Assembly (NCBI RefSeq): GCF_006345805.1 | Contig: NC_043008.1 | Span: forward strand, 248,001 to 312,000 | DNA length: 64,000 bases | Reading direction: 5' to 3' | Origin: Octopus sinensis | Lineage: Eukaryota | Shown: positions 49,612-63,412 of the stretch, in pieces | How the letters are laid out: the number at the start of each line of letters is the position of its first letter | Numbering within the stretch: position 1 is the first letter of the stretch | Notes under the pieces: generated by a model | Told to the model about the DNA's origin: nothing | Databases searched by the model: none | What the model saw: the letters and a program-made list of their open reading frames with translations, nothing else | Made by a program: the position numbers and the translations under genes

Positions 49612-49730
49612 TATATATATTATATATATATATATATATATAATATATATACATGCCGCCGTCATACATATATACATACATACTTATAGACATAGACACA
49701 CGCACACACAGACACACACACACACACATC

Positions 49731-50170
49731 TTGTGTTGTCAGATAAATTCGTTCGTTTCCGTCTCCGTTTATTTTATCCCTTATCTTTTGTCAATAATTT
49801 TAGCATATAAGTCAATAATACATTCTCCTTCACGGCTTCTTGCCTCCGTTCCACCAGTTTGTCAAAGCTTTGAAAACAGAAATCACCGGGTCTTGACTTG
49901 ATTAATCCATTCCGCTAAGTTTCCAGCCACGCCATTGATTCGCTGTTGAACAAAACGCCGCGCAGACTATCGAAGCGTGACCGGGTGGATGGTGGTGAAA
50001 GGACTTCGACAAACAACGGGTCGATTGTTTGACCAACTGATTAAGCACGCGATCAATTAGTTGGTTGGTTAAATAACTGACCAATTGACAAACAATAAAG
50101 AACCCCCTACTTTTTGGTGTTAATTCAAGTAACATTGGAAAGAAACGAACTAATTTATCCGACAAATCAA
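49731..50170 (-). mobile_element. Mariner-derived non-autonomous element
   Basis: TIRs TTGTCAGATAAATTCGTTCGTTTC / GAAACGAACTAATTTATCCGACAA; C-terminal remnant IKSRPGDFCFQSFDKLVERRQEAV. Confidence 0.72.
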
Positions 50171-50545
50171 TACATCGCAGTCATATATATATGGTCCCTG
50201 CTCGATGACAAATCCCCGCGAAAAGGAGAAAATAAGCCTCGGTTAATGTAAATCCTTCACAATATCAATCAATTGACGACTCATTTATTTGCTTGTAAAT
50301 ATAAATGAGCTTCAGACAGTGAGTGTGTTTTCCGAGGTAGAATTTCACTCCCAAAATACAACAATGTTGGAACATACGTCTTCAGATCAGGAGTATTTCA
50401 CAACGTAAACAGTAAATCTATCTATCTATCTATCTATCTATCCTATGAACCCGGAAAAATTTAAAACAGAGAGTTATTTACTTGCAAATAAATGTGTTAA
50501 CATCTGACATTATTGACCGAGGTTACCGTGATCTTTTCCGAAACA

Positions 50546-50636
<91 letters not shown>

Positions 50637-50737
50637 GTGTGTATATAATATATATATATATATATATCTGTTAATGTGTATACATAAAAGATGTGGTATG
50701 TGTGTGAGTGTGCACGCGCGCGTAAGTATACATATAC

Positions 50738-50910
50738 TTTATTATTAAAGTTGCAAAAAAATCACGAAATATCATAAAATCTGCTACTCAGAGATTCACG
50801 TTCCCGTTCGTCGCACAGCTGTGATTCTGAAAGCCAAATGCCCGATGAAAGGGGACGGGGGAAACTCTGAGTAGCAGTTTTTGTGATGTTTTTGCAGCTT
50901 TAATAATAAA
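50738..50910. mobile_element. 173-bp fold-back (MITE-like)
   Basis: TTTATTATTAAAG.TGCAAAAA...CTGCTACTCAGAG pairs with CTCTGAGTAGCAG...TTTTTGCAGCTTTAATAATAAA. Confidence 0.75.
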
Positions 50911-50994
50911 CCGTATTACTCTACCTCCGGTATTCGAGTACTATTTTTGTCCCACCTTGTTTCACATTTATATGCCTACTCTGGTATATATATG

Positions 50995-51058
<64 letters not shown>

Positions 51059-51200
51059 GTGTGTTTGTGTGTGTATGCGTGTGTAAGTGTTTTTCTGGTA
51101 TGAAAGGTTGAAAGACAAACCGACCTCGGCGGAATTTTAACTGAGAACAAAAAGTCGGACGAAGCGCCGTGAAACATTTTGTCCGCCATGCTAACGATTC

Positions 51201-51300
51201 NNNNNNNNNNNNNNNNNNNNNNNNNNNNNNNNNNNNNNNNNNNNNNNNNNNNNNNNNNNNNNNNNNNNNNNNNNNNNNNNNNNNNNNNNNNNNNNNNNNN
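51201..51300. other. Assembly gap (100 N)
   Basis: Run of n. Confidence 1.
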
Positions 51301-51379
51301 GAAGCGACAAAGTTTTATGTTCTATATGCAAATTTATGCATCTACGTATGTATGTATGCATGTATGTACGTAAAGGTGC

Positions 51380-51778
51380 ATACATACATGCACCATACAT
51401 ACATACCTACATACATACTACATACATACATACATACAACATACATACATACATGCATACATACATACATGCATACATACATACATGCATACATACATAC
51501 ATACATACATACATACATGCATGCATACATACATACATACATACATGCATACATACATACATGCATACATACATACATACATACATACATACATGCATGC
51601 ATACATACATACATACATACATGCATACATATAGACATACATACATACATACATACATTCATACATACACACACACATACGAACATGCATACATACATAC
51701 ATACATACATAGATACATACATACATACATACATACATACATACATACATACATACATACATACATACATACATACAA
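51380..51778. repeat. (CATA)n microsatellite
   Basis: Read directly. Confidence 0.95.
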
Positions 51779-51934
51779 TACATATATATATTATTTTACT
51801 TGTTTTAGTCATTTGACTGCGGCCATGCTAAAGCACTGCCTTTAGTCGAACAAATCGACCCCAGGACTTTAGAACTTATTCTTTGTTAGCCTAGTACTTA
51901 TTCTATCGGTCTCTTTCTGCCGAACCGCAGAAAT

Positions 51935-52305
51935 GATACCCAGGTACTTATATCCTTCCTCTCCGACTTCCTTCATAGTTTCGCCACATTCCCGCTTGAT
52001 CCCATGGCTTTTACTTAATCATTACACTTCATTTCTCGATCCCAAATTCCATGCCAATATCTTTGCTAATCATCTGCACAGTTGCTGTCAAACTCTCAGT
52101 CTTAGCGAATTGCTTTAGGTCATCCATAAACCACAAGTTGTTTACTTTCAACCCTGCCTAGCATGTACCCCACACGCATCTTTCGTAAAACGTTCGTTAG
52201 TGGCAGTATACAGACAACAAATAGGAGAGGCGACAGACTGTGCCCTTGAAAAATTCCTCGTTTTATATTTACTTCCCCCAACTTATCTCCCCACGTGGCG
52301 AGTTC
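51935..52305 (-). pseudogene. R4/Dong-like non-LTR RT fragment
   Basis: LGEVNIKRGIFQGHSLSPLLFVVCILPLT..GY, frameshift, KVNNLWFMDDLKQFAK..SKDIGMEFGIEK*, frameshift, EGYKYLGI; MDD at 52119-52127. Confidence 0.9.
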
Positions 52306-52348
<43 letters not shown>

Positions 52349-52364
52349 ATATATATATGATATA

Positions 52365-52396
<32 letters not shown>

Positions 52397-52405
52397 TATA
52401 TAATA

Positions 52406-52443
<38 letters not shown>

Positions 52444-52520
52444 TTATATATACTCTTACAAGTAAACATTGATACACGTTCATATGTATGTATATACACC
52501 TACAACACACACATATATAT

Positions 52521-52556
<36 letters not shown>

Positions 52557-52623
52557 TACAAGTAAACATTGATACACGTTCATATGTATGTATATACACC
52601 TACAACACACACACATATAGATA

Positions 52624-52656
<33 letters not shown>

Positions 52657-52944
52657 ATATATATATTATATCATATATATTATATATATTAGATATGTGT
52701 GTGGGTTGTGTGTAGGTGTATATACATACATATGACGTGTACAATGTTTACTTTTAAGAGTAATATATATATATACGTGAACACACACACGACACACACA
52801 CACATCACACGCATGCATATACACACACGCGCGCACACATAGCTGTGCGTGCATAATAATATTAAGTAAATGTACTTGATTTGAGTTTTATGCATCACCT
52901 GTGACTTTGCGTGTTTGCATGCGCTTCTTCCTGTGTGTGTGTGT

Positions 52945-52995
<51 letters not shown>

Positions 52996-53506
52996 TGTGT
53001 GTCCCGTGTGTATCTTTACACTTATATGCATGGCTTTGTGAGAGAGAACGGGAGTTGGAAAGAGATGTCGGGAGGATGCATCTATCTTGTTAACCTTTTC
53101 TTAGACGCCAAAATGCTTGTAGAGGTATTAAGGTGTGTATATTTGACACAAAGATGCCGCAGGCGGGCAACCACTTCATTTAACAGACACACAGACAGAC
53201 AGATAAACGGACCTGCAGTCAGGCAAGCAGGTCTTAGAAGAAGAAGACAACCTTCATATAAAACACGAAATGTTTACGCATACACATACATCGTGAGAGC
53301 ACAGCAACGAATATCATAAGAAACACGTTACACATACACACACACACACAGATGTACAGACTACACAAGTCCGCATACATTCACACGGACACCCACGTGC
53401 AAACACACAGACATACATGTCACTCCCACGCATCATATAAACACAAAGCACAGGTGCGTACACAAGCACTTGCAAATCTTGCAATCTTGCAGTGTATATA
53501 TATATA

Positions 53507-53875
53507 GGCGCAGGAGTGGCTGTGTGGTAAGTAGCTTGCTAACCAACCACACGGTGCGGGTTCAGTCCACGGCGTGGCATCTTGGGCAAGTGTCTTCTCT
53601 GCTATAGCCCCGGGCCGACCAATGCCTTTGAGTGGATTTGGTAGACGGAAAACTGAAAGAACGACCCGTCGTATATATATGTTAGTATATATATGTATGC
53701 GTGTGTTTGTGTGTCTGTGTTTGTCCCCTAGCATTGCTTGACAACCGATGCTGGTGTGTTTAGGTCCCCGTCACTTAGCGGTTCGGCAAAAAAGAGACCG
53801 ATAGAATAAGTACTAAAAGGTGGTGCTCCAGCATGGCCGCAGTCAAATGACTGAAACAAGTAAAAGAGTAAAAGA
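53507..53875 (+). mobile_element. SINE S2, full-length reference copy
   Basis: A box TGGCTGTGTGG 53517-53527, B-box-like GGGTTCAGTCC 53558-53568, internal (TA)/(TG), TAAAAGA tail. Confidence 0.9.
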
Positions 53876-54326
53876 GAGAGCGAGTATATCGTATATACAC
53901 ATAGACATATTGTTAACAGACATGTCGTTAACAGACGCGTACATACACCAACGCAGTTGTATGTATATATATATATATGTGTGTGTGTGCGTGTGTGTGT
54001 GTGTGTCTGTGTATAGACACACACGCACACATATAAACAAAAGTTAACCGACACAACGCACACATGTACCCACGCAGTCGCGCACACAAAAATCAACAGA
54101 CATACACATGCACACACACACACACATGTATAAGCATATATTTGTATATATATATTCATATAAATATATATATGCAGACATATACGTATATACATATATA
54201 TAAGTATATAGACCGACAGACAGACACACAGATAGATAGATAGATAGATAGATAGATATGTTGATATATACTATATATATATACTTATATGCATGTACAT
54301 GTATACATGTAGACGTATATGTATAT

Positions 54327-54358
<32 letters not shown>

Positions 54359-54408
54359 GTGTGGTATATGTATATTATATATATATATTATTATATTGTA
54401 TATAATAC

Positions 54409-54453
<45 letters not shown>

Positions 54454-54684
54454 TATATATATATAATATATATATATATATCTAGTACGCGCATGCACAC
54501 ACACAGATCGATAGTAACGTACGGCACACAGCACAGCACACCTTATGTCAAGACGTACACCTGTGCGAATCAAGCAGACGTACGTATCCCTCATATTCAC
54601 ACTCGCAGACAGAAGTCAAAAACATACATACCTACGTCTATACACAAAGAGAGGGAACGAGCGAGAAAAAGAGAGAGAGCACGC

Positions 54685-54717
<33 letters not shown>

Positions 54718-55115
54718 TCAAAAGAGACACACACACGCACGCGCACATACACAGACTCACTGCTAGAAACGTTGAGCAACTGATATATGTGAACTTCGAG
54801 GTAGGTAGCTTAACCTTTTATGGAATGGAAAGACGAGGCCACGGCATACCAGGCAGACAGCAGTGGAGTTTCAAGTTTGTGTTTCTTCTTAATTTACTTT
54901 ATTTTTTTTCTCATTTGGGTTGGTTTTGTTTCGTGAATTATAGGGCAGTTTATCAGTAGCCTACATCGTAAATGTAAACGGATCCTCGTCGTATTCGACA
55001 ACTTGTTCCTCCTGTACTACGATCAACTGACTGAACCATGACCTTCACACTGAATTACATAATCTGTGTAGATAATATTAACCTTGACATTTGTGCCCTT
55101 ATTCAGAGAGATCAA

Positions 55116-56020
55116 ATTCTGGATAATACCCATCGTCTCATCTGCAAGTCAATTGATTTGCCATTGATCAACATTGATCCGTTACTTCTTAATCCGTCAT
55201 TTCGGTACAACCCCTTCCCTCGGAGTTGACATCGGATCAGCTTTAACATCATGTATGTAACCCAGCTCGAGAGACAGGAATGTTTACCGTAGAACTTGTT
55301 TGGAATAGAACACGTGACACTGGTTCTGAAACATGGTCCAATTATATCGTCGTAGATCACGAATCAGTAAAAATTATTGTAATTTAGTGTCTGGAAATGA
55401 ACCCTAGTCAAATCGCGGCCATTGCAGCTACGTAGTACTAATGGTTAATTTTGTTGAACGCTTTCTATCGCTTTTCATTCGTCTTAATCCAATTCTATCC
55501 AAGGTTTATTGCAACAGATTAGAGTCGCCTTGATTAACTCCAATTTGGACCGAACCGATGGCGCCAACAAAACAAGAACTGCCATGACTCATATGTTTAA
55601 CCTCGGCTTTCACTATTCTGGATAATACCCATATTCTCATCTTTATTTGGCATTGCTTTGCCGCTGATCCTTTACTTCTTATTCAGTCAATTCGATACAG
55701 CCTCTTCCCTCGGAGATGACACCAGATAATTGACAATATCTTCTTGGTTCCCAGCTCGAGAGACAGAAAAGGTTACCATATTACCTGTTTGTAACAGAAA
55801 GTGTGGTACTGTTTGCAGCTACAGGGTACTACTTGTTGATTTTGTCGAACGCTTTCGATTGTTTTTCGTTTCTCTTAATCCAATTCTGCAAAATTTGAAA
55901 CCCGTATCTAAGGTTTATTGCACCAGATTAAACTCGCCTTCAGTAACTCCAATTTGCGCTGAACAGATGGTGCTGACTAAAACAAGAACCAATATGGTCC
56001 ATATATTTAACATTAGCTTT
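55116..56020. repeat. Diverged tandem duplication, period ~499 bp
   Basis: ATTCTGGATAATACCCAT at 55116 and 55615; shared CCCAGCTCGAGAGACAG, CTTAATCCAATTCT and AAGGTTTATTGCA blocks. Confidence 0.85.
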
Positions 56021-56424
56021 AACAGTTTCAGAACAGAACTATTCTAATTCGTTTCCTACCACTGGTTTATAAGTTTGAAAATAACATCAATGAGCTCTCA
56101 GTTAGACACATAACCACCATTATAACAACGACCATTATTTTATGCAATAGTTTAGAATCAGCGTGACGGTTAGTTTCGGATGGGTTTCTCCAAACAGCCC
56201 CATGTTGTTGTAGGAAGTTAAGGTAAAAGACTGGCTTTCATCATTTCTATTTTAGAAACTGATGCAAAATGATTGTTTCAACGGTGCCCCAATGCAAGAC
56301 AAACCAGTCCTACCTGAGTATCCATATCTTTCCACAGCAAACTACAAGAAAACAAAATGGTGCACACAGATGGCACACAGACTACACCCTTCTTGGACCA
56401 CCGACACAGCAAAACGAAAATATT

Positions 56425-56980
56425 GATTTCAAATTTTGCCACAAGGTCAGCAATTTCGAGAGAGTGGGTATGTCGATTACATCTACCCCAGTACGCAACT
56501 GGTACTTAATTTCTCGTCCCGCAAATGGATGAATGGCGAAGTTAACTTCGGCGGAATTTGAACACAGAACGTGAAGACGGACGAAATGCCGTTAAACATT
56601 TTGCCCGGCATGCTAATGATTCTTATCTACTCTAGGCACAAGGCCCGAAATTTTGGGGGATGGGTGGGGGCAGTAAATTAGATCAATCCCAGTACGCAAC
56701 TGGTACTTAATTTATCAATCCCCAAAAGGATGAAAGGCAAAGTCAACCTCGGCGGAAATTGAACTCGGGACGTAGCGACGAGCGAAATACCTATTTCTTT
56801 ACTACCCACAAGGAGCTAAACACAGAGAGGACAAACAAGGACAAACAAACGGATTAAGTCGATTACATTGACCCCAGTGCGTAACTGGTACTTATTTAAT
56901 CGACTCCGAAAGGATGAAAGGCAAAGTCGACCTTGGCGGAATTTGAACTCAGAACGCAGCGGCGGACGAAATACCACAAA
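56425..56980 (-). mobile_element. SINE S1 cluster with concatenated units
   Basis: Three cores; junction AAATAC|CTATTTC at 56790/56791. Confidence 0.85.
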
Positions 56981-57821
56981 GTATTTTTTTCATTAAGCTA
57001 TGCGTCTCCCGACAAACAGCAAAAGTATTAAAACTAAAGGACTCCCTGGATTCACGAGGAATACACTTTGTTACTACCACAAATTCAAACCGCTTTTTAG
57101 ACCCTTTCACTACCTGCTAGATTCTTCACCACAACCTTCCCCCAAGCACACACGAATGTCTACAGCCCTGAGAACACTACTACAACACCATTTTAAAAAT
57201 ACTGTTTTTTTTTCAATCAGTTCAAACACTAGAAACAAAAACAGCTGCTGTATCAATAACGCCATTGACCAAACATTGAGATGGAGTTCACACCATTGAG
57301 GGTTAATATAGTTATCGTACTGTATTCGCCTTTCTCTGTCCCTTCTCATTCCTTGTCATGCTTAACATCAATCTTTTCCCCCTTCTTGCTTTTCCTCTTC
57401 ATCCTTCAACACCATCATCATCATCATCACCATCGTCGTCACCATCACCACAACCATCACCACCACCAGCATCGCCTTCACCATCACTATCAGAATCTAC
57501 ATTTATACTGGCAAACAGCCAACCAAGAAGACGGAGGCGATTAAGGATCCTCTACATGGTCGTTCAACTTTCTAGAAATAGTAGTCAAATATCCTTTCAG
57601 TCATAGGAGGACATGCTGGATAATGTACTCTGAGACATTTTGTTGCTGAAAATAAATAAATAGAAAATAGTTTCCGGGTTGCTCAGGGCTGTGATGTTGC
57701 TTGTTCACTGGAGGCTTACTTCATCAGAGCTGATCTGGACGACATGAACAACAAAAAAAAACAAAAATGTGAACTCTATGTCTGTCAAGAGTGTAACACT
57801 GAAGGCGGGGAGCTGGCAGAA

Positions 57822-58198
57822 GCGTTAGCAACATTTTGTTTGCCGCTACGTTCTGAGTTCAAATTCCGCTGAGGTGGACTTTGCCTTTCATCCTTTCAGG
57901 GTCGATTAAATAAGTACCAGTTACGAACTAGGGTCGATATAATCGACTTAATCCGTTTGTCTGTTCTTATTTGTCCCTTCTGTGTTTAGCCTCTTGTGGG
58001 TAGTAAAGAAATAGGTATTTCGTCTGCCGTTACGTTTTGAGTTCAAATTCCATCGAAGTCGACTTTGCCTTTCATCTTTTCGGGGTCAATTAAATAAGTA
58101 CCAGTTACGCACTGAGGTCGATATAATCGACTTAATCCGTTTGTCTGTCTTTGTTTGTCCTCTCTGTGTTTAGCCCCTTGTGGGCAATAAAGAAGCAA
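57822..58198 (+). mobile_element. SINE S1 head plus concatenated unit
   Basis: Junction GAAATAG|GTATTT at 58014/58015. Confidence 0.88.
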
Positions 58199-58341
58199 GA
58201 GTGTAATACTGCATCACAACAACAACAACAAAAACAAAAACATTGGATGAAGAGAAGGAAATTCGAGAAGAGAAGAGACAATTGTAACTTTGTCCAGATT
58301 GAAGCAGTTTGTCACAACAGAAGGCGTTCAAGAGATTAGAC

Positions 58342-58388
<47 letters not shown>

Positions 58389-58429
58389 AGTGGGAGGGAT
58401 TGTGTGTTTGTCCAGGCTGCAAACAGAGC

Positions 58430-58961
58430 ATCAGAACAAGAACAACAACATTAAAAAAACAACCACTGCCACAACATCCAGAACGGCCCTCAAACAGACA
58501 GGCGGCTCGGTATAATCCTGAACGATAGATAAATCTGTTAGGTTGCACTTATCTCCTACGCGGTCCGGCCGACATTTTGAGTGTCCTTGTCTCTTCGACC
58601 AGTGCTGGTCTGGAGCCGCCAACAAGAACAAGAACAAGAAGGGCAACAATGACAAAGTGAGTGACATCAGCGACGACGATGGTGGATGGCGACGGCGGCG
58701 GCGGCGGCGGCGACATAACGTCACGAGCTATATTTGTCCCATTGTGTTTCAAAGCCCATTGTAGTCCGTCCGAATGGATATTCATAGCTCATCCCAGTTT
58801 GTTCTTTTAGCAACCTAGTTTACAGACACAACTTTCCTAACCTACAAACACACTATTCTACTGTTCTACTGTTCTACTATTCCATTATTCTACTATTCTA
58901 CTATTCTGTATCATTAAATTCTCACCTAAAGCAATAAAGAAGCTTTAGTCTTTCCAATCAG
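58430..58961. promoter_or_regulatory. CpG-rich, non-TE segment, possible promoter/first exon
   Basis: (CGG)n 58693-58712, CRE-like ACGTCA, CCAATCAG 58954-58961, adjacent to a long CT tract. Confidence 0.3.
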
Positions 58962-59016
58962 GTTTGACAAAAAAAAAGAATAGAAGTTGACAGATAGTTC
59001 AGTGACATTCCTAATA

Positions 59017-59207
59017 CCTCTCTCTCTCTCCCTCTCTCTCCCCCTCTCTCTACCCCCTCTCTCTCTCTCTCTCTCTCTCTCATATGTGTGTGTGTGTGTA
59101 TGTATATTTTTTCCATCTTAGTTTTCTGTTTCTATAATATTCGCTTTTTTTATTCTCGCTTTCTCATGCAATTTGTATCTTTCCATCTCTCTCTCTCGCA
59201 CCCTCCG

Positions 59208-59239
<32 letters not shown>

Positions 59240-60115
59240 CTTTTGTTTTTACCATGTCAAACACAGCTCCACCCTCCCTCTCTCCCTCTCTCTTTGTCTC
59301 TTTCTGTCTCACTCTCACTTTTCTTTTCCCCCTCCCCATCTCTCTCTCTCTCTGTTTCCCTCTTTTCCTGAACCGTTTACTTAATTATTTCCCCCTCTAA
59401 TTCATGTGTCTACTTCCTTATTTATTCTCGCTCTTGCTTTCACCCTCTCTCTCCCCCTCTCTCCCTCTCTCTCTCTTTCTCTCTCCCCAACTCTCTCTCC
59501 TCCTCACACACACCCTTCACTCACTGCCATTATCTTTAACATTATTCACACACCTTCTCCATCCCTCCCTCCCCCCCCCCCCCTCTCCCCTTTCCCCCTA
59601 CCCTCACATTCCTGCAGTACATTCCAACATTGCCTCCTCTCCATCTCTCCCCCCACTTACCATCAATCTCTTACACACTTTTTCTCTTTCCTTCATCTTG
59701 CTTTCCGTCATTCTTTACTCACTTCCTCTCTCTCTCTCCCTCTTCATCTTTCTCTCTCCCTATATATCTCTTTCACTCTCTTTCATTTTCTCTTACTCGC
59801 TCTTTCGCTTGCTGTCTATCTCTCTCAATCTTTCTTACTCTCTCCCATTTCTTCTCTCTCTCTTTCACTCACTCCCTCTCTCTCCCTTGCTCTGTCTCTT
59901 CTTCTCTCTCCCTTTTCTTATCTCTCTCTCTTTCACTTATTCCCTCTCTCGCTTGCTCTGTCTCTCTCTCTCCCTTGTTCTCTCTGTCTCTCTCTCTCTC
60001 TTTCTCTTACATGCCTTCATATGCCCAAGTAATGCTTCAGTCTCCTTACCTCCACAATTCCCTCTCACTCTTTCCCCCTCTCACCTTACATATACTATTT
60101 CTTCCTCCTCCCCCA

Positions 60116-60163
<48 letters not shown>

Positions 60164-60380
60164 AACCGATTCCTCTTAAACATCCCTTTTATGTTCTATC
60201 CTGTTTCTCTTACATGCCTTCCTAAGCCTACGTAATGCCTACCAGTATCTCTCCTTACATCTCCCCAACTCACTCTTCCCCTCATGCTTCTCTCTCTCTC
60301 TCTCTCTCTCTTTCTCATGCACCCCTCTCTCTCTCTCTCTCTTCTCATGCACCCCTCTCTCTCTCTCTCTCTCTCTCCTT
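59017..60380. repeat. 1.36-kb polypyrimidine (CT)n-rich tract
   Basis: Read directly. Confidence 0.9.
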
Positions 60381-60734
60381 CTACCCTGTCTATCTAAATC
60401 TCTTTTCAATGTTATACTATAGAAATAACACCAGCATTTCCTCACACATAGCTATACAGTTCGCTTAGTTGTTCCTTCTAAACATAACACACCCTGCTTA
60501 CTCACGTCTGACACAGCGTTCTCGTATCATGTTTACAAACAAATACACGCACGCAAATTCACACACCTATGTACATATATAAACATACTTAGGTTTGTAC
60601 GTTTATATATGTATATATATGTATATATATATGTATATATATGTATATATATGTATATATATGTATATATATGTATATATATATATCTCATTTATTATTA
60701 TTATTTAATTGAACGTGACGCATCCATTTCCAAG

Positions 60735-60774
<40 letters not shown>

Positions 60775-60778
<4 letters not shown>

Positions 60779-60836
60779 GGTATGTAGAAAAATACAACAT
60801 GGACAAGAACGTATAACTCATAGAAGACGATACAAT
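60775..60836 (-). mobile_element. Family D terminal stub inside (TA)n
   Basis: Nearly identical to 8331-8390. Confidence 0.7.
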
Positions 60837-61115
60837 ATATATATATATACAGACATATATATATATATACACACACACATACATGTGTATATATATAATT
60901 GGCATGAGCATGATGACTCTCCCAAGACACACCATAAATATATTTATATACACACACACACACACAAACATATATATGCATTTATGTACGAACATACATA
61001 TACATATACTTGTATGTATGTGTATACAAACGGATATATGTTTTTATACACACATGTATACATACATATTTGTATGTGTCCATATGCATGTATGTATATA
61101 CTGTATATGTATTTC

Positions 61116-61146
<31 letters not shown>

Positions 61147-61323
61147 ATATACATATATAAATGTATATACATATATATATATATATATGCATTTATAGAT
61201 GAACATACATATACATATATTGTACGTATTTATATATATATATATATATACATACACATAAATGTATATACATATATATATGCATTTATAGATGAACATA
61301 CATATACATATACGTATTTATAA

Positions 61324-61373
<50 letters not shown>

Positions 61374-61399
61374 CATACATACATATATACATACATATA

Positions 61400-61567
61400 A
61401 AAGCTTGATTACCGAAGTTGGTCCACGCAAGTTATGTGTTCCGCAAAAGAAGCCGATAGAACAAATATCAGGCTTTAAGAAATATAAGTTCTGGGACCGA
61501 TTCGTTCGACTAAAATTCTTCAAAGCGCTGCTCCAGAATGGCCGCTGCCTAATGACAGAAACAGATA
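61400..61567 (+). mobile_element. SINE S2, 3' part
   Basis: CCGATAGAAC..TTCGACTAAA..GCTCCAGAATGGCCGC..ATGACAGAAAC. Confidence 0.65.
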
Positions 61568-61951
61568 ATATATATATATATCTTCGATTCGCAGAATAGA
61601 TGAAACAGGGGACAACTGAAGAAGGGGGATATTCTTTATGTTGCATGTTTCGTTCCTCTGTTTTTTTTTAGGAAAAAATAAAGTTCATTTTCTCGTTTTT
61701 CATTGTCCAACGTTTTTTTTTGTGTTCTGTACTCATATATGCATCTATATATACATATATATGTAGCTATGTACATATATGTATGTATATATGCATATAT
61801 TTATATATTATTTATATTACATATATATATATATTTATATTACATATTATTTATATTATATATATATATATATAGGAAAACGCGCGTAGTGATGCATTCA
61901 ATGTTTGTAAATTTCATCCAGGGATTATTGTTATTGTTATTGTTGTTGTTA

Positions 61952-61993
<42 letters not shown>

Positions 61994-62879
61994 TATTATT
62001 ATTATTATTATTATATTATATATGTATACACACGCACACAAACACACACTCATATATATATATAATGCTTATGTGTGTGTGTATGCGTATACGTATGTAT
62101 GTATACATTATTATATATATATATATATATAATATATATATATATATATTAATATATATGAGAGAGGAGAGAGAGGAGAGAGAAAGAGAGAGAGAGAGAG
62201 AATAAGGAAACAGTGAAATGTGAATTAAATTTAGTGAAAATAAAATCAATTCTTTTACTTCCCGAATACTTTTTATATTTATTTTGTCCCCAGTTGAAAT
62301 TCAGAAATGTTTCTCTCGTAAATCAGCCACATTCTGCTGCTTGGTATAACTCTGGCATTGATATACATACAGCATTAGTCATTCTTCAAGACAGCATTAT
62401 TATGATTTAGTACGCAGTGGGATGTTAAGCAAAAAAAAAAAAAAATACAAAAAAAAACATTTCCTTCTTTTTACAACTCATCGTCAAAAAAATGTGTAAA
62501 CTACAGCAGCACTGTTGAAATCAAAGCTTGTAGAATGAAAAGTTTCTTTCTTCATCTCCCTCTCTTAATCAGCTTCGTCCCTCTCACCCTAGCTTTCACT
62601 GCTCTCTCTCTCTCTTTCTCTCTCTATCTCTCTTTTTCTCATTCATTTACTTCCTCTCTTCCTATTTCAAAGGCATTCTTTTTTTACTGCCGTCCATTTT
62701 GGCGAGGTCTTTCTTTCTTCACATCTAGTTTAGTGGCATCGCATTATAGCTTCAATGATGCTATTGTTTAAAGATACACGTTAGAGGTCCTGCTGTCAGA
62801 CAGAACAATCCATTGTTTCGGATGTGGTTCCTCTCCTGTGCAGCTTTGTCCGGGTTTCAACATCCAAATTTCGTATATA

Positions 62880-63096
62880 CGAGAGGGTACTCAAAAGTTT
62901 CTGGCTTCAGGTAAAAGAAAATACTGGAGGATCAATTAATCATGATTTTATTCAAAATATTCCCCTCTCAGATTCACACATTCATTCAAGCGGTCCTTCA
63001 GCTTTTCTAAGCCCTGTAAAAAAACTCGGAAACCTGGGCCTCCAGCCAGGCCCATCGCGACACCCTTAAAGCCAGGAACTTTTCAGTACTCCTTCG
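62880..63096 (-). mobile_element. Mariner-derived MITE (217 bp)
   Basis: TIRs CGAGAGGGTACTCAAAAGTTTCTGGCT / AGCCAGGAACTTTTCAGTACTCCTTCG, TA/TG flanks; remnant AWLEAQVSEFF..GLEKLKDRLNECVNLRGEYFE*. Confidence 0.85.
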
Positions 63097-63101
63097 TGTG
63101 T

Positions 63102-63140
<39 letters not shown>

Positions 63141-63200
63141 AAACTTAGATATATATTTCGACCAAAGATTGGTCTAACTTAATAGCACCACCTGATAGGT

Positions 63201-63412
63201 TTAGCTAGATCCTCTTAAGTCGTGTTTTTGTGGTATCATGGTCCATTTGAGTAAGGCGTTCTTGTTGAGTGAGTTGTATCTAGGTATAGGTGGCTTATCT
63301 GGTATTCCTTGAAGAAATTTGTCCAGATTCCATTTTAAAATGATGGGATCCTTTTCTTCTTTGATCTGTTAAATACAGTAGGGCCGGTTGAAGAAAAGAA
63401 ATTGTCTTGCAA
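63201..63412 (-). pseudogene. CR1/Jockey-like LINE ORF2 C-terminal remnant
   Basis: LQDNFFSSTGPTVFN, frameshift, QIKEEKDPIILKWNLDKFLQGIPDKPPIPRYNSLNKNALLKW..*. Confidence 0.8.

Noticed and set aside
51169-51400. ORFs spanning the N run
   Set aside because: Artefacts of the assembly gap.
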